Assembly: GCA_035461175.1 (NCBI GenBank)
Contig: DATHVR010000030.1
Location: 9,392 to 73,391, forward strand
Direction of reading: 5' to 3'
DNA from: Acidimicrobiia bacterium
Lineage (GTDB): Bacteria > Actinomycetota > Acidimicrobiia > Spongiisociales > ZC4RG35
Length of the DNA stretch: 64,000 nt
Part shown: in pieces, positions 54,782 to 64,000 of the stretch
Layout of the letters: the number at the start of each line of letters is the position of its first letter
How positions within the stretch are numbered: the stretch's first letter is position 1
The notes under the pieces: model-generated
What the model saw: the letters and a program-made list of their open reading frames with translations, nothing else
Told to the model about the DNA's origin: nothing
Databases searched by the model: none
Made by a program: the position numbers and the translations under genes

Positions 54782-55212
54782 GGCAGCGCCTTTCCGAGAT
54801 GAGCGGCGTCGAGGCGGACCACCTCTCCGGTGGGACCGGCCGGATGCAAGAGGTGGCCGACCCAGCGGGCCACCGTCTCGGCCGGGGTGTCATCGCCGAC
54901 GGCAATCACGTTCACCACCGCTCCCTTGCGGCTCAACTCGATGGCGGCGGTGCGGGCGGCGGACAGGAGGCCGGTGGCGACCATCGCCGAAAGGGCACCG
55001 CGGCGGCCCAGCAGGTCGTCGCCGTGAACGATGTAGACGATCGGGCTCCCGGCCACGGCCGCCTCCTGGCTGGCGGTGAAGGCCGAAATCAGCGCCCCCC
55101 GGGCCGCCTCCCAATCCGTCACCCGGTCCGAGGCTTCGAATACCAGGCCGGAGCGGGGCAGGCCGAGTGGCTCGAGGTGCTCTTGCAGCCGGGGCGAGAC
55201 GAGCAGACGCAT
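54778..55212 (-). CDS. SDR-like Rossmann-fold protein lacking a canonical Gly-rich motif
   Basis: Trimmed to MRLLVSPRLQ; 144 aa. Confidence 0.4.
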   Translation of the reverse strand: MRLLVSPRLQEHLEPLGLPRSGLVFEASDRVTDWEAARGALISAFTASQEAAVAGSPIVYIVHGDDLLGRRGALSAMVATGLLSAARTAAIELSRKGAVVNVIAVGDDTPAETVARWVGHLLHPAGPTGEVVRLDAAHLGKALP

Positions 55213-55217
55213 CGAGC

Positions 55218-56405
55218 TCACGATACGACCACGGCCCCCGCTGCCACGAGTCGATCGATCTCCTTCTGGTCGGCGCCGAGCTCGGCCAGCACTTCCCGAG
55301 TGTCCCCGCCCAGCACCGGAGCCGGTCGGGTGGCGAGGGCCGGTTGGCCGTCGATCCGCAGCGGCGAGCCGATCCCGCGCACCGGGCCGGCCCGGGGATG
55401 TTCGGTTTCGATCAGCATCTCGTTGTGGCACACCTGGGGATCGGCGGTCACCGAGGCCAGATCGAGCAGGCGGCCCACCGGCAGCCCGGCCGCCTCCAGG
55501 CGGGTTACCCACTCCTCCGCGGTTCGCCGGCGGAAGATCCCTTCCAGCTCCGCCACCAGCCGGACACGATCGTCCATCCGCTCCTGGTTGGTCGGGTAGC
55601 GCTCGGCCAGATCGGGTCGTTCCAGCTCCCGGCACAGGATCTGAAAATGCCGGTCGGAGACGATGGCCAGGGCGAAGTGGCCGTCGGAGGCGGCGAATAT
55701 CTGGTTGGGGGCGAGGAAGGGCGAGGCGGTCCCGGTTCGCTCCGGCTGCTCCTCTCGAGCGAAGTACAGCGCCCACCATCCCGATTGGACCGAGAGAAGT
55801 CCGTCGCGCAGCGATACGTCGACCCGCCGGCCCCGGCCGGTTCGTTCCCTCTCCACCAGGGCGGCACACACGGTGAGGGCGGCGTTGGTGGCAGCCACGT
55901 AGTCGCCGATCGTGGTGGCGGTCTTCTGGGGCGGATCGCCGGGGTGGCCGGTGAGCGAGACCATCCCCGACTCGGCCTGGAAGATCACGTCGATTCCCGC
56001 CCGGTCGGCGTAAGGGCCGTCGGATCCGAAGGCCGACACCACGGCGTAAACCACCGCCGGGTTCATCCGCCGCAGACCGGCCTCGTCGTATCCCATCCGC
56101 TCCATCGCCCCCGAGCGCAGGTTGTTGACGACGACGTCGGCTCCTTCCACCAGTCGGTCGAGCCAGGGGCGGGCGTCGGGGTGTTTGGGATCGATCGCCA
56201 GCGAGCGCTTGCCCCGGTTTACCGCCATGAAGAAGACCGACTCCCCGCCCAGGTACGGGCCGAAGCCGCGTCCCAGGTCTCCGGCGGGGGGCTCGATCTT
56301 GACCACCTCGGCTCCCAGGTCGGCCAGCAGCATCCCGGCGTAGGGTGCCGCGATCAGGTTGCCGAACTCGACCACCCGGACGCCGGAGAGGGGGCCGGCG
56401 GTCAC
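55218..56405 (-). CDS. CoA-transferase family III (CaiB/BaiF) protein
   Basis: [35 protein letters not shown] is the family signature. The GTG start overlaps the thiolase stop (GTGA). Confidence 0.85.
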   Translation of the reverse strand: MTAGPLSGVRVVEFGNLIAAPYAGMLLADLGAEVVKIEPPAGDLGRGFGPYLGGESVFFMAVNRGKRSLAIDPKHPDARPWLDRLVEGADVVVNNLRSGAMERMGYDEAGLRRMNPAVVYAVVSAFGSDGPYADRAGIDVIFQAESGMVSLTGHPGDPPQKTATTIGDYVAATNAALTVCAALVERERTGRGRRVDVSLRDGLLSVQSGWWALYFAREEQPERTGTASPFLAPNQIFAASDGHFALAIVSDRHFQILCRELERPDLAERYPTNQERMDDRVRLVAELEGIFRRRTAEEWVTRLEAAGLPVGRLLDLASVTADPQVCHNEMLIETEHPRAGPVRGIGSPLRIDGQPALATRPAPVLGGDTREVLAELGADQKEIDRLVAAGAVVVS

Positions 56406-57610
56406 GCCACCTCGACGATGGCAGCGATTCCCTGCCCGACCCCGATGCACATCGTGACGAGACCGTAGCGCCCGCCGCGGCGCCGCAACTCGTGGACCAG
56501 CGTCGTGAGGATCTTGGCGCCGGACGCGCCCAGCGGATGTCCGAGGGCGATCGCCCCGCCGTTGACATTGACGACGGAGGGGTCGAGGCCCAGTTCATCG
56601 ATCACCGCCAGCGACTGGGCGGCGAAGGCCTCGTTGAGTTCGATCAGGTCCAGGTCTTCCACCTTCAGGCCGGCTCGCTCCAGGACGAGACGGGTGGCCG
56701 GCACCGGTCCGATCCCCATGATGTCGGGGTCGACTCCGGCGGCGGCCGATGCGACGATACGGGCCATCGGAGTCAGGTCGTGGCGGGCGATACCCGCTTC
56801 GGTGGCGAGCAGCACGGCGGCGGCGCCGTCGTTCATCTGGGATGAATTCCCGGCGGTCACCGTGCCGCCCGAGCGGAACACCGGCCGTAGTCCGCCCAGC
56901 GCCTGCATCGAGGTGTCGGATCGGGGACCCTCGTCCACCTCGACCAGGCGCTGTTGGCGTCCCCGGTGGTCGGCGGGGGCTTCGATGGGCACGATCTCGG
57001 CGTCGAAGCGGCCCGATTCGATGGCGGCCAGTGCCCGGCGATGCGACTCGAGGGCGAATTCGTCCTGAGCCTGGCGTCCGATGTGCCACCGCTCGGCCAC
57101 CTCCTCGGCCGTCTCGCCCATCGCCAGGCAGCCGTGCAGGGTGCTCATGCGGGGATTGACCAGCCGCCAGCCGAGGGTGGTGTCGGCTACTTCGGGTGTT
57201 CCGGTCGGGAACGCGCGGTCGGGTTTCATCATCACGAACGGTGCCCGGCTCATCGATTCGGATCCTCCCGCCACCATCACCTCGCCCCAACCCGCGGCGA
57301 GGGCATGGGCGGAGGTCACCGCCGCCTGCAATCCCGAACCGCACAGCCGGTTGACGGTCATGCCCGGAACGGTGTCGGGTAGCCCGGCCAAAAGCGCCGC
57401 CATCCGGCCCACGTTGCGGTTGTCCTCGCCCGCCTGATTGGCCGCTCCCCAGACGACGTCGGCCACGGCCGAAGGGTCGAGACCGGGGTTGCGCTGCACC
57501 AGTGCGGAGATCGCATGGGAAGCCAGGTCGTCGGGCCGGACATGGGCCAGAACGCCGCCCAGCTTGCCGACGGGAGTGCGGCAGGCGTCGGCGATGAAGA
57601 TGTCGGTCAT
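56402..57610 (-). CDS. Acetyl-CoA C-acyltransferase (thiolase)
   Basis: Trimmed to [16 protein letters not shown]. Motifs [11 protein letters not shown] and [15 protein letters not shown]. Confidence 0.9.
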   Translation of the reverse strand: MTDIFIADACRTPVGKLGGVLAHVRPDDLASHAISALVQRNPGLDPSAVADVVWGAANQAGEDNRNVGRMAALLAGLPDTVPGMTVNRLCGSGLQAAVTSAHALAAGWGEVMVAGGSESMSRAPFVMMKPDRAFPTGTPEVADTTLGWRLVNPRMSTLHGCLAMGETAEEVAERWHIGRQAQDEFALESHRRALAAIESGRFDAEIVPIEAPADHRGRQQRLVEVDEGPRSDTSMQALGGLRPVFRSGGTVTAGNSSQMNDGAAAVLLATEAGIARHDLTPMARIVASAAAGVDPDIMGIGPVPATRLVLERAGLKVEDLDLIELNEAFAAQSLAVIDELGLDPSVVNVNGGAIALGHPLGASGAKILTTLVHELRRRGGRYGLVTMCIGVGQGIAAIVEVA

Positions 57611-57707
57611 GGGGCGATTCTCGCACCGCTCGCGAAAAGTTGCCCTGTTCGCGCTCAACTGACCGCGCAGAGTGGCCGATAGCACCCCGACAGGCAAGAG
57701 GTGAGAA

Positions 57708-58517
57708 ATGAATCTCTCGGGGACACTTTCAGATTGGACGGTCGGCGATCTCCTCAACGTGATGAAGGTCACGCAGAAGACGGCCAGCCTGCACATCAAG
57801 GGAACGCGCCGCGGCACCATCCACTTCCACGAAGGTCGCGTGGTGGGGGCGGCCCTCGAGGGAGACCCACTCGTCTCGGAGGGTGAGGAGGCCCGCACCG
57901 CCGCCGCCGACACCCTCTACATCTTGTCCAAGGTCGACCAGGGGACCTTCGAAATGGGTCCGTTCGAAGGCGTGGAGTCCACCGGTTGGGACGTGGAGAG
58001 CTTGCTTACGGACCTCGACGGACTCCGCAGCCTGGAAGATGATCTGACCGGGGCGGGTCTGGTGGACCGCTCCCTCATGCTCCGCGACGAGATCGAGGCC
58101 CCGGTCACGGTGACGGTCGACGATTGGTGGGCGCTGGCATCGCTGGTCTCGGCTCTCTCGTTCGAACAGCTCGAAGAGGTGTTCGGACGGGGCCGGGCCC
58201 TGCGTCTGCTCCACTCACTCTGGCGGATGGGGCTCGTCGAGATCATCTCCGAGCCCGAGCCGGTCGATCTCGAGCTGCCGGCCGAGCCCGAGGAAGAGGT
58301 GCTGGTGGAGACCGACATCGACGCCGCGGCCGGCGAGGACGAAGATGCCTGGCTCGACGAGATCGCCTCCTCGGCCGAGGTGAGTTCCGGGGCGCCGGTC
58401 GTCCACGTCGCCGCCGAGGCCCGGCGGGTGATGGGTGTGGCCGCACCTGCCTCCACCGTCCTGACCGGCTCGGTGCTGGACGAGATGCGACGCCTGCGGG
58501 GGCGCGGCTCCGACTGA
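57708..58517 (+). CDS. DUF4388 domain-containing protein with acidic C-terminal region
   Basis: [28 protein letters not shown] is the DUF4388 signature. Confidence 0.65.
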   Translation: MNLSGTLSDWTVGDLLNVMKVTQKTASLHIKGTRRGTIHFHEGRVVGAALEGDPLVSEGEEARTAAADTLYILSKVDQGTFEMGPFEGVESTGWDVESLLTDLDGLRSLEDDLTGAGLVDRSLMLRDEIEAPVTVTVDDWWALASLVSALSFEQLEEVFGRGRALRLLHSLWRMGLVEIISEPEPVDLELPAEPEEEVLVETDIDAAAGEDEDAWLDEIASSAEVSSGAPVVHVAAEARRVMGVAAPASTVLTGSVLDEMRRLRGRGSD

Positions 58518-58550
58518 GACGGAGCGGCCAGGGTCCGGTAACGTCGGACC

Positions 58551-59195
58551 ATGACCACCAGTCAGCGGCCCCTGTTCGTCGGCATCGCCGGCGGATCCGG
58601 GTCGGGTAAGACGACCATCGCCTCTGCGCTTCTAGAGGCGGTCTCGGGGGTCGCCCTTCTCCAGCACGATGCCTACTACCGCGACCGGCGCGATCTGGCT
58701 TTCGACGAGCGCTCCCGTCTCAACTACGACCATCCCGACTCGCTCGAGACCGACCTCCTGATCCGTCACCTCGACCTACTGGCTCGAGGGGTGGCGATCG
58801 AGCGACCGGTGTACGACTTTTCCATCCATCTGCGGTCCCCGGAGGTGGTGGTGGTGGAACCGACGCAGGCGGTGCTGGTGGAAGGGATCCTCGTGCTGGC
58901 CGACAAGGCGTTACGCGAGCGACTGGACCTGAAGATCTACGTCGACACCGATCCGGATCTGCGGCTCGCCCGCCGGCTCGATCGGGACATCACCGAACGG
59001 GGCCGGACCGTGGAGTCGGTTCTGGCCCAGTACTTCGAGTCGGTGCGACCGATGCACCTCGAGTTCGTGGAGCCGTCCAAGCGCTACGCCGACCTGATCA
59101 TTCCCGAGGGCTACAACCCGCGGGCCGTACAGACGGTGGTGGAGATGCTGCGGGCCGGGCTGACCATGGTGGACGGGGTGGCGGCGCCGATCTGA
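58551..59195 (+). CDS. udk: Uridine kinase
   Basis: P-loop VGIAGGSGSGKTT and the uridine kinase fold. Confidence 0.9.
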   Translation: MTTSQRPLFVGIAGGSGSGKTTIASALLEAVSGVALLQHDAYYRDRRDLAFDERSRLNYDHPDSLETDLLIRHLDLLARGVAIERPVYDFSIHLRSPEVVVVEPTQAVLVEGILVLADKALRERLDLKIYVDTDPDLRLARRLDRDITERGRTVESVLAQYFESVRPMHLEFVEPSKRYADLIIPEGYNPRAVQTVVEMLRAGLTMVDGVAAPI

Positions 59196-59218
59196 GTCGT
59201 CCATATACTCGCCACCTG

Positions 59219-60049
59219 ATGCCAGTCGAGATCACCCCCGATCACCCCTCGGTGGCCATCCTCGGTGCCGGAGCCATGGGAGAGGCGCTGTTGCGCGGCT
59301 TGCTGGCGGCCGGTTGGGCTTCCGACGAGGTGGGGGCGGCAGTGCGCCGGCCCGAACGGGCCGAGAGAGTGGGCCGGGTAACCGGCTGTCGGGTGACGCT
59401 CGATCCCGCCGACGCCCTGGCCGGGCGCCAGGTGGTGGTGGTCGCCACCAAGCCCCGGGACGTGGCCCGTCTCCTCGACCAGATCCACCAGGCGATCGCC
59501 CCGCCGCAGGTGCTGGTGTCGGTGGCGGCGGGGGTGCCCATAGCTACCTATGAGGGGCGACTGGAGGGAGTGGCGGTGATTCGCGCCATGCCCAACACAC
59601 CTGCCCTGGTGGGAGAAGGGGTGACGGGAATCGCCGCCGGGACCCACGCCGACGATGAATCGGTGGCGGCCGCTACCTCGGTTCTCTCGGCCGTGGGCGA
59701 GGTGCGGCGGATGGACGAGTCCCTCATGGATGCCGTCACCGCCGTCTCCGGGACCGGCCCCGCCTACGTCTTTCTCCTCGCCGAGGCTCTGGTCGAGGCG
59801 GCCATCCGCGAGGGCCTGCCCCGGGACACCGCCGAGACGCTCGTCTATCGGACTGTGCGGGGCGCCGGCCATCTCCTGACCGAGACCGGGCTCACGCCCG
59901 CCGAGTTGCGGGGTCAGGTGACCTCGCCCGGCGGGACCACCGCCGCCGCCATCCACATCCTGGAGGAGAAGGGATTCCGGGCCGTGGTCGAGGATGCGGT
60001 GCGAGCGGCGGCCGAGCGCTCCCGCCAGTTGGGTGAGAACAACCAATGA
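59219..60049 (+). CDS. proC: Pyrroline-5-carboxylate reductase
   Basis: VAILGAGAMGEAL NADP motif plus the ProC C-terminal dimerisation domain (TSPGGTT). Confidence 0.9.
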   Translation: MPVEITPDHPSVAILGAGAMGEALLRGLLAAGWASDEVGAAVRRPERAERVGRVTGCRVTLDPADALAGRQVVVVATKPRDVARLLDQIHQAIAPPQVLVSVAAGVPIATYEGRLEGVAVIRAMPNTPALVGEGVTGIAAGTHADDESVAAATSVLSAVGEVRRMDESLMDAVTAVSGTGPAYVFLLAEALVEAAIREGLPRDTAETLVYRTVRGAGHLLTETGLTPAELRGQVTSPGGTTAAAIHILEEKGFRAVVEDAVRAAAERSRQLGENNQ

Positions 60050-60954
60050 GCCTCTTCACCCGCGGTGTGGTCGGCGTCACCTCCTGGCCCCCGATCGAGC
60101 GGCTGATCACCTCCACCTCGGCCGGGCAGGCCCTGGCCCGTCGCTTCGTCGCCGGCGACACCCGGGCCGAGGCCACCGATGTCGCCCGTCGCCTCAACCA
60201 GGACCGACTCCTCGTGTCGCTCGACCTGATGGGTGAGGCGGTGACGGACCCTGACGGCGTGGCCCGCGCCACCGACGAGTATCTGAAGTGTCTCGAGATG
60301 ATCCCCTCCGAGGGGTTGGAAGCCAACATCTCGGTCAAGCTCACCCAGTTGGGACTGGCCTTCGATCCCGCCCTCGCCGCCCAATCGTTGGACCGTCTCG
60401 CCACTACTGCTCGGGAGGCAGGCACCTCCGTCACCGTGGACATGGAGGACTCCCGCTACACCCAGGCCACCGTCGATCTATACGCCGATGCCCAGGCCCG
60501 CCACGGCAACCTCGGTGTCTGCCTGCAGGCCTACCTCTACCGCACCCCCGCCGACCTCGAGCGGATCCTCCCCCTCGGGGGCCATATCCGGCTGTGCAAG
60601 GGAGCCTATGTCGAGTCACCCGAGGTGGCCCACCAGGGCTCGGACGAGGTCGACGCCGCCTTCGCCCGCCTGCTCATGGTGCTGATGGAGTTCGAAGAGG
60701 TGCGGCCCGCCATCGCCACCCATGATCCCCGGCTGATCGATCTCACCCTCGACCTGGCCGGGCGGCGCTCCGGTGATTACGAGTTCCAGATGCTTTACGG
60801 GGTGCGTCCCGATGAACAGCAGCGCCTGCGTGGGTTCGGCCACGACCTGCGGGTCTATCTCCCCTTCGGCTCCGCCTGGTACCCCTATCTCACCCGCCGC
60901 ATGGCCGAACGCCCCGCCAACGTCGCTTTCTTCCTCCGCGCGCTGGTCAAATAG
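60046..60954 (+). CDS. Proline dehydrogenase (monofunctional PRODH)
   Basis: PutA-type PRODH barrel motifs (LQAYLYRT, DMEDS). Confidence 0.85.
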   Translation: MSLFTRGVVGVTSWPPIERLITSTSAGQALARRFVAGDTRAEATDVARRLNQDRLLVSLDLMGEAVTDPDGVARATDEYLKCLEMIPSEGLEANISVKLTQLGLAFDPALAAQSLDRLATTAREAGTSVTVDMEDSRYTQATVDLYADAQARHGNLGVCLQAYLYRTPADLERILPLGGHIRLCKGAYVESPEVAHQGSDEVDAAFARLLMVLMEFEEVRPAIATHDPRLIDLTLDLAGRRSGDYEFQMLYGVRPDEQQRLRGFGHDLRVYLPFGSAWYPYLTRRMAERPANVAFFLRALVK

Positions 60955-60958
60955 CCAA

Positions 60959-60974
60959 GGGGGGACGACCCCCC
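60959..60974 (+). terminator. GC hairpin (GGGGGG-ACGA-CCCCCC) 5 nt after the PRODH stop; candidate intrinsic terminator
   Basis: Perfect 6-bp G/C stem with a tetraloop. No clear T-tract follows. Confidence 0.4.
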
Positions 60975-60999
60975 TGTAACCCCCCGCCGCCGCTCGTCA

Positions 61000-61312
61000 G
61001 GCCGTCGTGGTGGTCAGGGCCATCCGCCCACCCGTCACGCGTTTGGACCCCGTCTGTCTCTTGGTGGGGCGACTTCGGGGCCGGCTTCGCCTCGCAGACC
61101 CCCGTCTGGTGACGCGTCTTTGGGGTTCGGGGCCGTACCCCGAACAGACGCCGGTCGCCCGACGGCTATCGCTCTGTTTTTGGTCGGGCGACTTCCGACT
61201 TCCGACTTCCGACTTCCGGCTCACCACCCACCACTCATTACCCATCACACCCACGACTCACTACCCACCACACCCACGACTCACCACCCACCACACCCAA
61301 CGACCACCACCG
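61000..61312. repeat. Repeat-rich intergenic region upstream of pspA: GTCACGCGT-containing direct repeats, hairpin GTTCGGGG-CCGTA-CCCCGAAC, 4 x GACTTCC heptad (61190..61217), about 3 x 22-25-bp CACCCACGACTCAC(Y)ACCCACCACA repeats (61221..61312)
   Basis: Direct reading of the sequence. Local GC is lower than the surrounding genes. Confidence 0.6.
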
Positions 61313-61385
61313 CTCACCGCCCGATGCTTGGCGTAGGCACCATGCCTATGCTCTGAGTAACCGCAAAAGAATCCGGGAGACGAGA

Positions 61386-62099
61386 ATGCTCAAGCGAATT
61401 TGGGGCTACATCAAGCAACTCTTCAGGGGGATGGCCGAGTCCGCCATGGACCCCGAGGTGGAGGTCGAGCAGGCCATCCAGGAAGCCCGGGCTGCCGACC
61501 AGCGCCTGCGCAACCAGGCCGCCAAAGTCATCGCCCACCGGACCCAGCTCGAAGCCAAGATCGGGCAGGCCGCCGCCGACCTGGGGGAGGCTCGGGAGAT
61601 GGCCAAGCAGGCTCTGCTCCGGGCGGAGGAAGCCAAGAACTCCTCCGACGCCGAGGGTGTCGACAAATGGACCCGGGCAGCTCAGTCGCTGGCCATGAAG
61701 ATCCAGGCCGCCGAGTCCAACGTCAACGGGCTCAAGGAACAGTACGAGGTAGCACTGCAGCAGTCCGAGGACGCCAAGGACGCGGTGCAACAGAACGCCA
61801 TGCGGGTTCAGGAATTGGCCGCCAAGCGGATGCAGCTCCTGGGCAAGCTGGAGCAGGCCAAGATGCAGGAGGCGGTCAACTCGGCCGTCGAGACGATGTC
61901 GGCCTCCCTCGAGCGTGAGGCTCCTTCCCTCAGCAAGGTCGAGGAGAAGATCGAGGGCCGTCTGGCCAGCGCCAAGGCGCACACCGAGCTGCGCGAGGTG
62001 ACCCCGGCGGGTGCCGAGCAGGAGCTGAAGGAGGCGGTGTCGCTCACGCAGGCCGATGCCAAGCTGGACGAGCTCCGCAAGGAGCTTGGCCTCAGCTGA
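61386..62099 (+). CDS. pspA: PspA/IM30 family protein
   Basis: Coiled-coil N-terminus MLKRIWGYIKQLFRG…QAIQEARA is typical of PspA. Confidence 0.85.
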   Translation: MLKRIWGYIKQLFRGMAESAMDPEVEVEQAIQEARAADQRLRNQAAKVIAHRTQLEAKIGQAAADLGEAREMAKQALLRAEEAKNSSDAEGVDKWTRAAQSLAMKIQAAESNVNGLKEQYEVALQQSEDAKDAVQQNAMRVQELAAKRMQLLGKLEQAKMQEAVNSAVETMSASLEREAPSLSKVEEKIEGRLASAKAHTELREVTPAGAEQELKEAVSLTQADAKLDELRKELGLS

Positions 62100-62132
62100 T
62101 CCCGTCGTAGCGGGCCCGGACAGCGCCATTCG

Positions 62133-62187
62133 AGAAGCCGGGGAAGGCTTCGTGCCGAGATCTGAACGAAACCCTTCCCCGGCTTCT
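62133..62187 (+). terminator. Hairpin with 15-bp perfect stem (AGAAGCCGGGGAAGG / CCTTCCCCGGCTTCT) and 25-nt loop, downstream of pspA
   Basis: Begins 34 nt after the pspA stop. Confidence 0.5.
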
Positions 62188-62204
62188 CCTACACTGCCCT
62201 GCCA

Positions 62205-64000
62205 ATGACGATCACCGAAGACCACACCGATCTCGCCGCAGACTCCGAGGGAGGCGGGCGGCGTCTGCCGGGAGCGGCAGTCATCCTGGAGGCGCTCGGG
62301 ATCCTGTCGGCGGTGGCCACGCTGATGCTCTGGGTCCTGGGGTCGCTTCCCGAACATCCCCACTTCGAGATCGGTCGGGTCGTGTTCGGCAATGTGCCCG
62401 GCCCGGTGGTGGCGGTCTTCTACATCGCGGTGGCGGCGGGGCTGTGGCTCATGTTCCACCTGTTCGCCCTCCGGGCCCGCAACTGGCAACGGGGCAAGGC
62501 GGATCGCCGGACGGGCCGGTGGCGCGAGCGCATCAAGCGCCTCGACGCCGGGTTGCGGATGAAGACGCTTCTTCGCGACAAGCAGGCCGGCCTGATGCAC
62601 TCGATGGTCTACTACGGCTTCATCGTGCTCTTTCTCGGGACCGTCACGCTCGAGATCGACCACCTGCTCCCGGCCGGGCTCAAGTTCCTCCACGGCAACT
62701 TCTACAAGGGCTATTCGGCCATCCTCGACTTCGCCGGGCTCGTCTTCCTGGGAGGCCTGGCCTGGGCCTTCGGCCGTCGCTATCTGCAGCGTCCCTGGCG
62801 GCTCCGGTCGAAGACCAAGCCCGAGGACGGCTGGATCCTCACCACCCTGGCGCTGATCGGGATAACCGGGTTCACCACCGAGGCGGCCCGGATCGCCCTG
62901 GTCGGCCGCCCCGATTTCGAGGTGTGGTCGTTCATCGGCCTGCCCCTCTCCCGGTTGGTCCCCGACGCCTCCGCCGGCACCATCCACCAGGTCTCGTGGG
63001 TGGTCCACGCCATTGCCTTCGTGGCCTTTCTGATCGTCCTGCCCACCACCAAGCTCCGGCACATGTTCACCTCGCCCGCCAACCTCTTCCTCGCCCCCCG
63101 GGAGCGACCCAAGGGCGCCATGCGCGAGATGCCCAACCTGATGGAGGTCGAGGACATCGACACCATCGGTGCGTCGGTGGTGGAGGACCTCACCTGGAAG
63201 CAGATCTTCGACACCGACGCCTGCACCATCTGCGGCCGCTGCACCTCGGTGTGCCCGGCCAACATCACCGGCAAGCCGCTGGATCCCCGTGAAATGGTGC
63301 TCAAGACCGGCGAGGTGGCCTCGCTTACGGCCGGGGTGTCGCCGCCCGTGTCGCTGGACGAGCGCATCACGATCGAAGGGTCGGAATTGTTCCAGCGCGT
63401 CCAGCCGGAGGAGGCGTGGTCATGTACCACCTGCAAGGCATGTGACGAGATCTGTCCCGTGGGAATCGAGATTCTCGATCGCATCCTCGACATGCGCCGC
63501 TATCTCACCCTGATGGAGTCGAACTTCCCCACCGAGCTCGGCAAGGCTTTCGTGGCCATGGAGAACCAGGGGAATCCCTGGGGCCTGAGCCAGGAGCAGC
63601 GGGCCGACTGGACCAAGGAACTCGATTTCGAGGTGCCGGTCCTCGGCGAGGGAGTGACCGAAGCCGAATATCTATGGTTCGTGGGCTGCGCGGGGTCCTT
63701 CGACGACCGCAACACGGCGGTTTCGGTTTCGCTCGCCCGGCTCCTCAGGCGGGCGGGGGTGTCGTTCGCCATCCTCGGTAAGCAGGAGTTGTGCAACGGC
63801 GATCCGGCCCGCCGGGCCGGCAACGAGTACGTGTGGCAGCAGCTGGCACTGCAGAACATCGAGACCTTCGCCGATCTGGGCGTGCGCAAGGTCATCACCC
63901 AGTGCCCCCACTGTTTCAACACTCTCGCCAACGAATATCCCCAGATGGGAGGCGAGTACGAGGTGGTCCACCACACCCAGTTGCTGGCCGAGCTACTCCG
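62205..64000 (+). CDS. Membrane-anchored (Fe-S)-binding reductase, heterodisulfide-reductase-related (NarI-like TM domain + 2x[4Fe-4S] + CCG domains); 3' end beyond window
   Basis: It is absent from the ORF track because no stop occurs before the window end. My own translation gives CTICGRCTSVCP, CTTCKACDEICP, and CCG-type Cys motifs (FVGCAGSFDD, CNGDP, CPHC). Architecture resembles Rv0338c. Confidence 0.75.
   Translation, partial: MTITEDHTDLAADSEGGGRRLPGAAVILEALGILSAVATLMLWVLGSLPEHPHFEIGRVVFGNVPGPVVAVFYIAVAAGLWLMFHLFALRARNWQRGKADRRTGRWRERIKRLDAGLRMKTLLRDKQAGLMHSMVYYGFIVLFLGTVTLEIDHLLPAGLKFLHGNFYKGYSAILDFAGLVFLGGLAWAFGRRYLQRPWRLRSKTKPEDGWILTTLALIGITGFTTEAARIALVGRPDFEVWSFIGLPLSRLVPDASAGTIHQVSWVVHAIAFVAFLIVLPTTKLRHMFTSPANLFLAPRERPKGAMREMPNLMEVEDIDTIGASVVEDLTWKQIFDTDACTICGRCTSVCPANITGKPLDPREMVLKTGEVASLTAGVSPPVSLDERITIEGSELFQRVQPEEAWSCTTCKACDEICPVGIEILDRILDMRRYLTLMESNFPTELGKAFVAMENQGNPWGLSQEQRADWTKELDFEVPVLGEGVTEAEYLWFVGCAGSFDDRNTAVSVSLARLLRRAGVSFAILGKQELCNGDPARRAGNEYVWQQLALQNIETFADLGVRKVITQCPHCFNTLANEYPQMGGEYEVVHHTQLLAELL

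Noticed and set aside
60997-61356. Short ORFs inside the pspA upstream repeat region
   Set aside because: Their amino-acid sequences are direct readouts of the CA-rich and heptad repeats (Thr/His/Pro runs). They are repeat artefacts, not genes.
1-64000. tRNA/rRNA/CRISPR scan by eye of all intergenic regions longer than 100 bp
   Set aside because: No cloverleaf-like GTTCGAATCC T-arm plus acceptor stem, no rRNA-like conserved stretches and no regular direct-repeat/spacer arrays were found. The tandem arrays seen have 7- or 21-25-bp periods without spacers.

Overview
This window is a high-GC chromosomal segment with about 70 protein-coding genes on both strands. It is most likely from an actinobacterium: it carries several F420-dependent enzyme families (LLM-class, PPOX-class and DUF385 deazaflavin oxidoreductases) and mycothiol-dependent DinB-like isomerases. 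I found no rRNA genes or CRISPR arrays, and no tRNA genes were recognised by eye in the longer intergenic regions.

Most of the content is ordinary metabolism and transport:
- a trkA-trkA-P-type ATPase operon;
- metY-hydrolase-metX, then plsY;
- acyl-CoA carboxylase alpha and beta subunits with a MaoC dehydratase (leucine-catabolism-like);
- a thiolase / CoA-transferase / SDR operon;
- proC plus a monofunctional proline dehydrogenase;
- udk, pspA, an acyl-ACP desaturase, a P5C-dehydrogenase-like ALDH, and a Mo-bisMGD (bis-molybdopterin guanine dinucleotide cofactor) oxidoreductase.

The standout feature is a single 598-aa ORF (26926..28722). It fuses a complete Endonuclease IV (Nfo, AP endonuclease family 2) TIM barrel to a complete LigD-type NHEJ primase-polymerase domain. 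Two tandem dyad-containing repeats lie just upstream. A DUF3159 membrane protein is translationally coupled downstream, followed by a PfkB kinase, SurE and a Sir2 sirtuin. I am not aware of this Nfo-PolDom architecture being described.

Other points of interest:
- A regulatory island pairs a YciI protein with an extended ECF sigma factor, next to a STAS / RsbW-like partner-switching pair and a LuxR regulator with HD domains.
- Two families of roughly 50-bp palindromic interspersed repeats sit at convergent gene ends.
- A 21-23-bp tandem repeat re-duplicates the 3' end (last codons plus stop) of the carboxylase alpha gene about five times.
- A 430-bp repeat-rich region lies upstream of pspA.
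- A membrane-domain gene runs into bcp with no stop codon between them.
- Several genes carry single-site disruptions: a frameshift in a C5 run, a frameshifted grpB, an in-frame TAA and an in-frame TAG. These point either to assembly errors or to incipient gene decay.
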